Positions 1-12,655 of a stretch of 64,000 nt of DNA are shown here, piece after piece. Positions within the stretch are counted from its first letter, which is position 1. Every line of letters starts with the position of its first letter. Source of the DNA: Eledone cirrhosa (lineage: Eukaryota); contig OZ024741.1 in the NCBI GenBank assembly GCA_964016885.1, forward strand, positions 215,512,001 to 215,576,000, written 5' to 3'. Below the pieces are notes generated by a model. The model was not told the origin of the DNA. It saw only the letters and a list, made by a program, of their open reading frames with translations, and ran no database searches. The position numbers and the translations under genes are program-made.

Positions 1-15
1 CGACCATACGTTGCC

Positions 16-87
16 ACCGGAAGTACATATGGAGTATACCAACTTATGCTTCATTAGCTGAAGCACAGAAGTCGGCAATATGGCGGC
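16..87 (+). promoter_or_regulatory. Possible core-promoter motifs: ETS-type ACCGGAAGT and YY1-like AATATGGCGGC
   Basis: ACCGGAAGT at 16-24 and AATATGGCGGC at 77-87 in a short, relatively GC/CpG-richer non-repetitive stretch at the window edge; motif match only. Confidence 0.25.
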
Positions 88-189
88 AAGGTTTTCAACC
101 ATAGAACTTCCTTTGCTGCTCTCATGCGACACACAAAATCATTCTCTCTACCCCGCCTCACACTCCCTAGCTCTTTCTGTGTAAATAAA

Positions 190-712
<523 letters not shown>

Positions 713-1235
713 TTGCTTTCTTCTTTATCGAACGTGACACTTTTCCGCTCAAAATAAACAGAAATATTTTCATTCAAATCTAAACGTCTAATGAGTAGAT
801 CTATACGAGAGTGAGGCCTATCATATCGATTTAGACCCAGAGCCGATCATCTGCAAAACATGTGACTCTTTCTATAATAACTAAAATATTTTAAAGTAAA
901 ACTCCGTTTTCTCATATGTGATGTAAACATTACACTCCATATCCACGAATACAATTTACTGATACCGTACAGTAATTAATAAACATAACTAAATAACATT
1001 TATATACAGATTTGGTAAAGCTGTAATGAAGTCATGGTTTAGGTACAATAAACAGAATCTCGCTATGAAAGATTTGAGAGGTTATCATGTCACATCTACC
1101 TCAATAGAAATTAAACTAGGAGCCTATATGCTTTTTGCCTTTGAAACAACTGCTGGTAAAGCTCATTTGCATATAGTGCTAAGCTTGGAAGGATTAGCAG
1201 AAAAAACTAACATACCGTGATTCTTAATAGAGGTT

Positions 1236-1468
<233 letters not shown>

Positions 1469-2284
1469 TGTACATATATGCATGTTAACGCTTCTGCTAA
1501 TCCTTCCAAACTTTGCGCTATATGCAAATGAGCTTTACCAGTAGATATTTCAAAGGCAAAAACATATAGGCTTCTTGTCTAATTTCGTCTCAGTACTAAG
1601 TAAGTAAACGTCATAGATAAGGGATAAAAATCCACAAACAGGAATCTGGCATTTTCAACGAATACTGAGAGAAGGGAGACGATAGGCCTGATGTAAATAA
1701 ATGGAACAACAACAACACAAACACACAGTGACAATCGAGCGATTGTTATTGTGTGTATATCGTGTCCACCACCCACCGACCGACAGTCAACAGGCACAGA
1801 CTACTATCACAATGTCTGCCACTCACCCCACTATTACACACAGAACGTAAAGATTTGACAGCGATGATGAGTACACACTGACCAACCACCACCCCACTAC
1901 TCTAGTATAAAAGAACTGCTTGGAACTTTATCTGAGTGCAACAATTCCGCTCGCACATGCGCCCGATAGAGTATTTCAGTTGTACCCACACAGTAAACAG
2001 CGGAGGCCACGTGTTGTCCTCTCCGACAAAGCCCAGTTGATGGACGTGAAATCCAAAATATAGGGACTTTTAAATCCCATCCAACGTAACTCTATCTCGT
2101 GTTATTATTTTTTACACTTTTTCTACGTTCTTCTACGCTCTCTGCGTCTCTTTCTTCGCTTCCTGTTACATCTCTCTCTCAATACCTTCTGATTCTATTA
2201 CACAGTGATTCACCTATCTGCATTGTTGAGGCTTCTAAAACGGCTATTTTTATTATTCCACAATGCTTCAGGCAAACTTCAACA

Positions 2285-2489
<205 letters not shown>

Positions 2490-2490
<1 letters not shown>

Positions 2491-2840
2491 GTGCTGCTTC
2501 GAAAACTATACTTTTACAAAATCATCGGCTTTTTCCAAAAGGGGGTTCCTGGCGCCAGGGGTCTCCTACTCAGTATGTGCCAATTCACATTCATCTGTAG
2601 GACAAACGTAGCCCATATGTCAAGTTTTGTGAAAATCGGTTGCGAACGCCAGAAGTTATGACGTTTTATTGAATTGCACTGCAGTACTTCAGTCGACTCC
2701 AAGGATGTAGTTAAAGGGGGTTATCTGCCGGGACGCCCTATAATCAATATCTGGAAAATGAAAGTACCCATGACCATCCGGAGCACATAAGTAACCTGTC
2801 TTAAGTTTGGTGAAAATACAGTAGAAATGCATAAGGTTTA
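2490..2840. mobile_element. Possible Helitron/Helentron-associated (HINE-like) non-autonomous fragment
   Basis: Repeated AAGTTT(T/G)GTGAAAAT motif at ~2622 and ~2803, typical of HINE/DINE-like core repeats; termini not identified. Confidence 0.3.
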
Positions 2841-3617
2841 TATATACGCGCGCGCGCGTGTGTGTGTGTATTTACTTTTACTATTGTAATAACCTCTGTC
2901 ATTTTCGTTTTCAATTTTATCTACATCATTCTTAAAGTCCGGGGCTGGAAATCATTCGGTTATTTTAAATAGAATATTAAGTCTAACGACTCCATTTATA
3001 CCATAAACTTGGTCTTGTCTTTGCATGAAATTGTTCTTCTCGGTCCACATAACGACGTATTATCCTAGCTTGTTTTCCGTTCATTGCCAAGGAATGTCTT
3101 CACGAACCAAAATATCGTCATCCTGTTTTCCTTCGGTTGCAACGACTTTCGAAATATTTACTTCTGCGTTCACAGATTACTCTCAGTTCAATTTGAATGG
3201 GAAATTCCTGTTTCATCGATTTTCTCCGTAACCATGGAAGCTTGTTGCTTGAAAGTCGACCCAACGCCTCCGCGAGTCATTCTGCATAACTGTGTAAATT
3301 TTTACTGCATTCCACCAAGTCGTTTCGACGTTTTTCCGACTACACCTGCATATACAACGTCCAACCACGTCCAATTTATATAGTAGATATATATATATAT
3401 ATATATATAGTGGCAGATTGGGTCCTAAAATATTGGTTGCCAGGAGGTGAAGGGGGCCGACCTACATATAGAATGCTATATTTTAATTTTTATAATGAAT
3501 AAAGATTTTGAAAAAATAAATAAGTGGGAACAAAACAGTGCAATGAAAGTTTTGCAGAAAAGTAACTTACCTTCACCAATAAAAAATATTATGTATTTTG
3601 CGAAATCCAGAGACTTT

Positions 3618-3729
<112 letters not shown>

Positions 3730-3804
3730 TATTTTGAGTTTATGCAGTTTGAATTAGTATGGTATAGACAAGTACTTGTACTTGTCTATACCATGCTAAT
3801 TCAA

Positions 3805-3859
3805 ACTACCTGAAGAGGTCACAGCCAAAGATGGCTGTCACTGAAATATATATAGCAGT
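3805..3859 (+). ncRNA. Type I hammerhead ribozyme motif
   Basis: ACTAC-CTGAAGA-GGTCACAGCCA aaga TGGCTGTCACT-GAAA-TATATA-TA-GCAGT; core intact, palindromic stem III, one mismatch in stem I; preceded by a 31-bp fold-back (3744-3809). Confidence 0.75.
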
Positions 3860-4094
3860 AATAAACGAAGCTAAATTTTAATCATTTGACTTTTATTTAA
3901 CTTTATTTTACAATACTCCGGAGTAACCAAACCAACCTGCGCACTTCGTCGAGTGCTCCAGCCTGCATACTGAGGTGTTGGTATACAACCAACATAAACT
4001 CAAAATATATATATATATATATATAATCAAGGTTTAGCAAATAAGAAAAAGTTTTTAAATAGATTTCCAAAAATTCACTGTACTTACTATGGTT

Positions 4095-4181
4095 ACCTTT
4101 ACCGAACGGTTTCGAGTATCAAAAATAAATGGAAAGTCCTTGCGGGCCTCCATTGAAAATATAAACTCTCGTCAAGAAGGT
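4095..4181 (-). ncRNA. Hammerhead ribozyme motif with a 1-nt insertion in the core (CTTGACGA)
   Basis: Paralogue of 4582-4668; ACCTT-CTTGACGA-GAGT...ACTC-GAAA-CCGTTCGG-TA-AAGGT. Confidence 0.6.
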
Positions 4182-4581
4182 TCTTTTCACTCGGAGAATA
4201 TAAAATTCCCGAGTTCGAATTACGAACTAGCGCTATGCAAAATTGTTCCCGAGATGAGAATGAATGATGTGGAAGCAATTCTGTCCAGTGCCGTGTGAAA
4301 AGATAGAAGGCAGAGGTAGGGGGGTCAATATAATACCACTATAAATAGCAGCAGTCAAAACGACCAAATTTTATCTCGACCAGGGGGAGATTAACAATAA
4401 TAAAGTATATATCCCTACACGCCAAAAACATATAGGGACACATGTATTATCCAACCATATGCCAATGTGGTTCTATGGCAGGTTAATAAATTAACGAGCC
4501 AGAACATTTATAATCAAGGTTTAGCAAATAAGAAAAAGTTTTAAAATAAATTTCAAAAAATTCACTGTACTTACTATGGTT

Positions 4582-4668
4582 ACCTTTACCGAATCGGTTT
4601 CGAGTCTCAAAAATAAATGGATAGTCCTTGCGGGCCTCCATTGAAAAGATAAACTCTCGTCAGAAGGT
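4582..4668 (-). ncRNA. Type I hammerhead ribozyme motif
   Basis: ACCTT-CTGACGA-GAGTTT...AGACTC-GAAA-CCGATTCGG-TA-AAGGT; all core nucleotides and three stems present, GUA cleavage triplet. Confidence 0.85.
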
Positions 4669-4933
4669 TATTTTCACTCGGAGAATATATAAATATATAT
4701 ATATATATATGGGAATACGTGTATATGCGTGCATGTACATGTGTATATAGAGATTTATATATGTGTATACATAACATGTTTTCAACTTGCACAAAAATCC
4801 CAAGGCATCCAACTGACATTGTATATATATACATATATATATATATGTGTCTATATGTATGTGTGCATATATATACACACACACACACACACATATTTTT
4901 ATGTATATATACATATGTATATGTATGTGTATA

Positions 4934-4966
<33 letters not shown>

Positions 4967-5057
4967 GTAAATGTATGTGTATATATATATACACACATAT
5001 ATATATATATATGTATATATACATATGTAAATGTATGTGTATATATATATCTATCTA

Positions 5058-5226
5058 TCTAAGGCGGGTAAAATTCCCGAGATCCATGGACGAGTTCTCT
5101 CCAGCGGTCTCTGTCCCTCATTATCGCTGCCATGTCCTGCGTCTCCAACAGACCAGTGTCTGTCCTTAGGGCATCAACATATGTTAACCTTGGTCTTCCT
5201 CTTCCAGTGTGTCCATGTAGGGGCTC

Positions 5227-5230
<4 letters not shown>
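5058..5230 (-). mobile_element. RTE-type LINE 3' end fragment
   Basis: Minus strand translates WEPLHGHTGRGRPRLTYVDALRTDTGLLETQDMAAIMRDRDRWRELVHGSR*, followed by a (TAGA)n tail; similar to the C-terminus at 22430-22595. Confidence 0.8.
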
Positions 5231-5294
<64 letters not shown>

Positions 5295-5436
5295 TGTATG
5301 TATATTATTTGTTTGTTAAAATAATCAAATTAAATTAATTCAACAGTTAAACACACATAGGAATAATAAGGTTGTTAGCAAAGTGCCAGAATATTGACAG
5401 GTCGACCCTAAATATGAGTAATAGCTCTAGGAAATC

Positions 5437-5813
5437 CATGAACGGCACCACAACTTTATAACTTTGATTTTGAAAGTAGGTTTATAATTATTAATTTTCA
5501 TTATAGTTTTGTAGCTGTCTCGGCGGCCTAGTGGGAGAAATCATAGGCAATGGTGATTTTGGTCTGATGTTCGATCCTGGTCGGGAGTAAGGCTCCCGGT
5601 AAAGCTTTTCGGTTTTTTACTATGGTATGTAAAATAAAAACTGAAAAAGATTACATGTACCTCTTGACCAGGATTGAACCCAAGGTCAGGATCTCTTCCG
5701 TCTCTAGTAGCTACCGCTAAGCCACAGAGACTACTACATTGGTCTCATGAAAATTCATACATATAAACCTACTTTCAAAATTTTCAAAACAAAATGATGT
5801 GGTGTTGTTCATG
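5437..5813. mobile_element. Imperfect palindromic (MITE-like) element with two convergent tRNA-like units
   Basis: Arms include perfect ATTTTGAAAGTAGGTTTATA / TATAAACCTACTTTCAAAAT; each arm has an A box (YGGCYTAGYGG) and a B box (GTTCRATCC); T-runs at the centre. Confidence 0.6.
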
Positions 5814-5878
5814 TCTTTCTTATGTATTTTACGAAATCCAGAGACTTTGAATAACGACCTTTAGTGTTTCAATCTCTC

Positions 5879-5970
<92 letters not shown>

Positions 5971-6160
5971 AGCGCGTGTGTGTGTGTGTGTGTGTGAGTG
6001 TGCCTGTGTATGTGTGTGTATGTGTGTATATATATATATATTTATATATATATGTAGAAGTTATATTTAATTTGTTGGGATTCATCAAGCTTAAAATTTT
6101 GTTTCATAACTGATATAAAGCACTCAAGGTATGTCAATATTTATTTATCAAACAAATCTC

Positions 6161-6226
6161 TATTTTATCTGATGAAAGCGCACCATAATATGCCTTGGTT
6201 GCCCTTGAAATATGTATAATAAAATA
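6161..6226 (+). ncRNA. Type I hammerhead ribozyme motif
   Basis: TATTTTAT-CTGATGA-AAGCGCACC...GGTTGCCCTT-GAAA-TATGTA-TA-ATAAAATA; perfect 8-bp stem I; same family as 61728-61784. Confidence 0.85.
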
Positions 6227-6368
6227 AATATGGTTTTATAAATATAGTTTCCATTTATTAATATATTGTATATATATATATATTTATATATCTATGTATG
6301 TATATGTATGTATATATGTATATGCATGTATGTATATATATATACATATATATATATTTATATATATA

Positions 6369-6432
<64 letters not shown>

Positions 6433-6625
6433 TACAGATATATATATATAAATATATATATGTATATATATACATACATGCATATATATGTATATATATA
6501 CAAATATGTATATATATATAAATACATATGTATGTATATATGTATATGCATGTATGTATATATATACATATATATATTTATATATATATATCTGTATATA
6601 TATATATACATATATATATATATAA

Positions 6626-6660
<35 letters not shown>

Positions 6661-6734
6661 TGCATATACATATATATACATACATATGTATGTATATATA
6701 AACATATATATATATTTATATATATATATATATA

Positions 6735-7850
6735 TCATAAAACATGTCTATAGAATCACCAGATAAAATATATACCGTTTCCTCTCCCTATTAGCATAAT
6801 TAACCATATAAAAAATCAATTAGACCAAGCTGTAAGAATAAAGGCTCCTATGAAGAAATCTCCAACAAATAAACGAAAGCAGCCCATTCGCGGCGGTTAC
6901 GACGGATTATTTATCGAATATTTCAACAGCATGTATGAATCAACCAGATATACAGACAACTAAACAGAATTAGGTGTAAAATAAACTAGAAGAAAAGTGT
7001 ACATATTTAATTACCTCTACCATGGTTTCATCCGCATTTTAAGACATCCGATAACATTGGATATCTAGAGCTTCGGATTCTTCAGGAAGTTAGCTCAAAT
7101 TTAGACAATTAATTTTCCAAAGTGATCGCGCCAAGAATACATTCAAAAATGGTTAACAATCGTGATGTGGCAGCGGTCAAGTTAGAAAGGATGTGATTAG
7201 TTGCTTACGGCTTTTGCTAGAAAGCGCAGCCCAATACAGTGAAAATTGTATCTCAACCTAACGGGAGATTATTACATATAAAGGTTTACATATATATATA
7301 AAGTCATAAATATATATGTGTTTTGCAACGGGTCACTTTGTGGCTCAATGAAGAATTAATAAATTAAATAATCAGAGCTATATATCATAAAACATGTCTA
7401 TAGAATCACCAGATAACATATATACCGTTTCCTCTCCCAATTAGCATAATTAACCATATAAAAAATCAATTAGACCAAGCTATAAGAATAAAGGCTCCTA
7501 TGAAGAAATCTCCGACAAATAACCGAAAGCAGCCCCTTCGCGGCGGTTACGACGAATCGTTTATCGAATATTTCGACAGCATGTATGAATCGACCAGATA
7601 TACAGACAACGGAGATTTCTTCATAGGAGCCTTTATTCTTATAGCTTGGTCTAATTGATTTTTTATATGGCTAATTATGCTAATTGGGAGAGGAAACGGT
7701 ATATATTTCATCTGGTGATTCTATAGACATGTTTTATGATATATAGCTCTGATTATTTAATTTATTAATTCTTCATTGAGCCACAAGTGACCCGTTGCAA
7801 AACACATATATTTATGACTTTATATATATATATATATGTAAACCTTTATA
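6735..7850 (-). mobile_element. Penelope-type pLTR-like element: 650-nt partial tandem plus inverted 5' arm, carrying an HHR
   Basis: 6735-6960 repeats at 7385-7610; 7610-7850 is the reverse complement of 7277-7514; (TA)n on both sides. Confidence 0.8.
7013..7090 (-). ncRNA. Type I hammerhead ribozyme motif
   Basis: ACTTC-CTGAAGA-ATCCG...CGGAT-GAAA-CCATGG-TA-GAGGT; palindromic stem III, GUA triplet. Confidence 0.85.
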
Positions 7851-8159
7851 TATATATATATATATATATATATTTCATACAATAACAGAGATAGTTTAAA
7901 GCTAAACTCTGATTGGTAACCATCTCACTCAACAAACATTAGGTTATATTTTAATATAAACCCAATTTAAGTGTTTGGGGTGCTAACAATATGTATTATG
8001 TGGAAAAGCCAGTTGTATTATTTATATATATATATATGCAAACCTTTATATATATATATATATATATATATACAGATGTATATATATGTATATATATATA
8101 CATACTTGCATATACATATATACATACATATATATATATATATATGTATATAAAAATGT

Positions 8160-8575
8160 GTTATTTCTTCTTCTATTTTTGTTTTTAGTGTCTGGTGTGT
8201 TGTTTCTTCTTAAGGCACCACGGTAGTTTCCGTGGTAATAGTTACTTCCGGTGGCACCCTCCGCTTTGGTGTACTTGTGGTTGCTATTCCTATTATTAGG
8301 TTTCCTCATGGACATGTTGTGCGAGATGATGTTGTAGCTATGCGTTTTCTTAGGTAGGAACTCAATTTCTATATTATGGCCGGATCTAGCTTATGCTTGA
8401 TTGTAATATTGTGAGTTTTTGCTAAATATGTTTGCGTCATAGGACAGGCTAGAGATTCTATTGGATACCCCCTTAGAGATAGAGTTTAATATTGATCTAG
8501 GGTAATTAGACTTGGTATCTATGTAAATGAGTTTTTCGTTAGGCTTATGGAAAGGTGTATATATTTTTGAGTAGA
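8160..8575 (-). pseudogene. Penelope-like element RT thumb/linker fragment
   Basis: YTPFHKPNEKLIYIDTKSNYPRSILNSISKGVSNRISSLSYDANIFSKNSQYYNQA*ARSGH matches the PLE motif YxKPN..YI...SNHP.......I..RIS.LS.....F......YN.AL..SGY; homologous to 28600-28810. Confidence 0.75.
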
Positions 8576-9463
8576 CTGCAACCACAGAGATCATTAATTT
8601 AGAATCCTCGCTCGTCGTCTATAATATTCATTTGTGGCACTCTACGATGGGGGTTAATCACCATAATAATACGAACACCTTCAGCACAACTTAATAGACT
8701 ACTCTATAGTTAAGACACTTTAAATTTTGGAAATCTTTTAGAAATTGCGCATAACCATAGAAGTTAGGGTCTATTTTGAGAAACATTTTAATAGTTAGTA
8801 ATAGAAACCTCGGAGTTACCTCCCCTCATGCATTAACTCCCCTTAGCCACACACACACTTCCGGGTAGTATTTCGATGTCGATTCTCGAAACGTAACATC
8901 CTCCTGTATTGAACTTAAGAACATCAGACTACGATTCTCTAACTGGATTGTCAAACACTCAATATCGAATCGTCGTGGATTATGTCAGGGGCATATAATC
9001 TGAAAAATACACTCCCCAGACTATGAAAATGTCGAAGTACATGAAGTCCCTTCGCTGCGCATTTCCAATATTTAATATTTTTAATGCTTGCACTATTTTT
9101 AATGCTTATATTATTTCTCCACACACAGACTATAACAATCTTATAAAGAATGTGTCACCAGATCAACCAACCTAACACTCTTGTTTACCTACTTAAGTGC
9201 TTCTACTACACGTAACTCTCTGCCACACTATATAAACAAGACGCACGTGCTTGCCACACATATAACCTTTGCACTATATAACCGCTTATTTTCATGTATT
9301 TTAACCTGTATTTTTGATTGTATCTTTTAATATGAATGTAATCTCAAAGTGTGTACTGCCACTCTAAATGCTATAATGAATGTTGACCCACAATATTTGC
9401 ATATGTATCTGTATATCTCTTGGGTGAAAAGGGGGTCATATAAGTGTTCATTCATTAATAAAT

Positions 9464-9510
9464 TGCTCCGAAGAATCCAAACCTCGGTTTGGAGGAAACA
9501 GTTGTAAGCA
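9464..9510 (+). ncRNA. Degenerate hammerhead motif (U4 to C)
   Basis: TGCT-CCGAAGA-ATCCAAACC tc GGTTTGGAG-GAAA-CAGTTG-TA-AGCA, ~35 nt before a (TA)n junction. Confidence 0.6.
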
Positions 9511-9564
9511 TAAAAATGTTTTGAACAGTTCTTTGATTCTTATAATTCATATATATATATATAT

Positions 9565-10050
9565 AAAATATATATAAATAAATAAAAAAGTAAATAAATA
9601 TTGGACACAAATACAATAACAACAAACACATAAGCACACACTAGTGAAAAAAGATAGAATACAAAAACAAAATCAGTTACACTCAAACGCGAACACACAC
9701 ACCAAACATTATACACACACGCAAACGCATGCGCAGAGACAGAGACAAGAAGAAACAAATAAATTAATTACAATAAACATGTCGCAGACATACAATACCA
9801 TACAATACAATGGGAGGAAACAAAATAGTACCAGTGATGATGTTGCAGATGTGCAACGAAAGAGCTTTGATAGACTATATATATTTATATCTGTATTTTT
9901 AACCGCTGGTTAATCAATGATAAACATTGATTGCCAAATAAATTAACTGTGGAGATATAAAAAATACGGAAGCGAAAACCAACTAAACAGAGAATGTTTT
10001 CTGTTATTATTTCTGGCAATATTATAACAATATGACCCTCCCCAAGTATA
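9565..10050 (+). mobile_element. ~500-bp non-coding HHR element, family B copy 1
   Basis: Reverse-complement similarity to 18655-19175 and 62002-62372; terminus GACCCTCCCCAAGTATA next to (TA)n. Confidence 0.8.
9825..9878 (+). ncRNA. Degenerate hammerhead motif (C3 to G), family B
   Basis: GTGATGA-T-GTTGCA gatg TGCAAC-GAAA-GAGC-TT-TGATAGACTAT. Confidence 0.5.
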
Positions 10051-10069
10051 AATATATATATATATATAT

Positions 10070-10071
<2 letters not shown>

Positions 10072-10165
<94 letters not shown>

Positions 10166-10195
10166 GTGTGTCTATATATGTATGTGTGTGTGTCT
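10072..10195. repeat. (GT)n microsatellite
   Basis: Direct reading. Confidence 0.95.
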
Positions 10196-10662
10196 ATATA
10201 TGTACGAAGCTTAAGATTTAGTAGAATGTTCAACCACTGATTCCAGCTAATAGCACTGTCATATTTTGGATTCTATTAATTCCCTGGAGAATTGTTTGAC
10301 CAAATGCTTTTCTTAATTGTTTTATTTATTTATGTCTTAATTGTATTCTTTCTCTTAGACTTCATGTATTTTTTGAAAGCTAAGCATTGGCGCCTAGAAT
10401 ACTGTCGGCTCCTGCAATGTTACAGTGGACAACCTGGCCACCTGACCAGCCGCCACTGTATATATACATATGCATACATATATAAATAATGTATATATGT
10501 AGATATATGTATGTATATATAAATAAATATATATATATATATATATACTAACAAAATTATAGATGTCATGTCTAAGAATATCAGAAACATACTCCATACC
10601 ACCCGTAGAAGAATCTCAAGGATTCTAAGTAATAAATCTGAGCATTTTTTAAAAATTAAAAG

Positions 10663-10787
<125 letters not shown>

Positions 10788-10806
10788 ATCGACTTTTAAT
10801 TTTTAA

Positions 10807-10997
10807 ACGAAGGAAATGTGGTAAGGAACCAAGTGAACCATAACGTACCAAAGTACTCAATACTTAGGGTAGTAGAGTGGGCAATAGGAACGAGTAGGAC
10901 CCCGACGGCTGAACTCAAGCCGTTTCGACGGCTAATTCTGGACGCAGAACTAGCCGTCGAAACGGCTTGAGCTCAGCCGTCGGGGTCCTACTCGTTC
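10807..10997. mobile_element. Short fold-back element, family A copy 1
   Basis: Shared with 24751-24936, 27791-27926, 31293-31440 and 33116-33242; 53-bp inverted arms 10888-10940 / 10945-10997. Confidence 0.85.
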
Positions 10998-10998
10998 G

Positions 10999-11083
<85 letters not shown>

Positions 11084-11202
11084 AAACATATCAAATGTCG
11101 ACAGGGGATAATTTGTAAAGAGTATAAACACACATAGTTACGGAGGTAACATTAAAATTTAACGAGAAACTTGAATATAGATACCTTGTAATAATGATTG
11201 AT

Positions 11203-11296
11203 CTCCTTTGTAAATATTCCATTAAAAGTATATATATTTCACCATTAATAGGTGAATCATAGATGTTAATTAAATCATGGATCGTCAGCAAAGGAG
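11203..11296 (-). ncRNA. Hammerhead motif with an ~18-nt insertion near the cleavage site
   Basis: CTCCTTTG-CTGACGA-TCCAT...ATGGT-GAAA-TATATA-TA-[CTTTTAATGGAATATTTA]-CAAAGGAG. Confidence 0.45.
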
Positions 11297-11926
11297 AGGA
11301 TTTGGAATTATCTGTGATCACTCCCTTAAAACAAATCAATGAATAGCAAAGAAAAGCACATGCGGTTTGGAAAAATACACACCGGCCGCCGACCACCCAG
11401 TGGCGCGAATAGGTTTATCGACAGCTAGATATAGCAGCCGAGACTTTTCAATAGAAAAAGCTCTACTAACAAAATATTTAGGAGCCACAAATACTAACAA
11501 AATGAAAGATATCAATTCTGAGAATATCAGAAACATGCGCCATACCACCTACAAGAAACTCAAAGATTCTAAGGAATAAATCCGAGCATATATATATAGT
11601 AGACCACCCGTGACTCAGATATCTTTTTAAAATCATGTTCACTTAAAAATATTTTATAAATAATTAGAAAATACACAAACATGTCTCTCTTTCAATCTAC
11701 TCTCTCACAACCACTATCTCATTCTCTCTATCTTTGTCTCTTTATTTATGAAGGTACCCGCAAAATCCCCATATCTAAGGAACCCGTGCTCCGATTTACG
11801 CGAAATTTGGTTTATTCCATTTGTATTCCCATTTCAGGGGCAATTTCCTTTCAAAGTATTTCCCCATTATGCGCCGTTTTGTCTGTATTAAATAACAAAC
11901 AAGCACACAATCACAGAGTTTTAGTA

Positions 11927-12021
<95 letters not shown>

Positions 12022-12049
12022 TTTTCCGTTCCTAAGGGTATTTTACCCG

Positions 12050-12290
12050 ATCAAGAACACAGAGAGAAAAATTGCTTGACATCCAGTATATTGCTAGAGG
12101 CAAGCAATATGAAAACATTTCAATGCTCTTCAAAAGAGAAACCTTGGCGGTAATGTCGACATGACCAATACATTCTGTCTGTATCCAATGTATTTGGGGA
12201 GCAGGACCGTGAAGTTCAGAATTAAAGGAAAACCACCGGAGTTGGATATCTGGCCTGCCTGGTCCTGGAGGTTAGCGAACAACAACAGTG
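12050..12290 (+). pseudogene. Possible degenerate LINE ORF1-like fragment
   Basis: LYPMYLGSRTVKFRIKGKPPELDIW resembles ORF1-like repeats recalled from cephalopod genomes; not verified. Confidence 0.3.
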
Positions 12291-12399
12291 TCATCAAAAT
12301 CAGTAATTGCAGTAGCAGCAGAAGAAATACCATCACAAACACCAACAGCAGAAAGATAAAACAACAGACATCGTTGGGTCAGACAACGAAGTTCTCCCA

Positions 12400-12475
<76 letters not shown>

Positions 12476-12655
12476 CCTGTAAACACAAACACGCACATAC
12501 CCATATCCAAGACAGATTCTACAGAGACCGGTACCTCCTCATGCAGAAATGAAGATGAGAAGGTATCACCAATGCCAAAGAAACATACAAGAAAACAACT
12601 TGCCTCATACGAACACTCACGTAATATAGTTGTGAAGTTTTATTTATTAATCATA

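Larger units (their letters stand above)
4022..4686 (-). mobile_element. Partial-tandem HHR element (retrozyme/pLTR-like), 487-nt period
   Basis: Direct repeats 4022-~4200 and 4509-~4686, each carrying an HHR; (TA)n on both sides. Confidence 0.75.

Noticed and set aside
2016-2068. Possible HHR GTCCTCT-CCGACAA...GAAA...TA-TAGGGAC
   Set aside because: Two core substitutions and poor stems II and III; cannot be told from chance
2900-3380. Non-repetitive segment that might be a decayed transposase (likewise 18100-18610)
   Set aside because: The minus-strand frames I translated contain stops, the plus-strand ORFs are short, and no motif could be recognised with confidence
5517-5730. Functional tRNA genes
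   Set aside because: A and B boxes are present but no convincing anticodon arm or acceptor stem; treated as tRNA-like repeat arms
11367-11579. 70-aa ORF as a PLE N-terminus
   Set aside because: Antisense to the adjacent HHR and without a diagnostic motif
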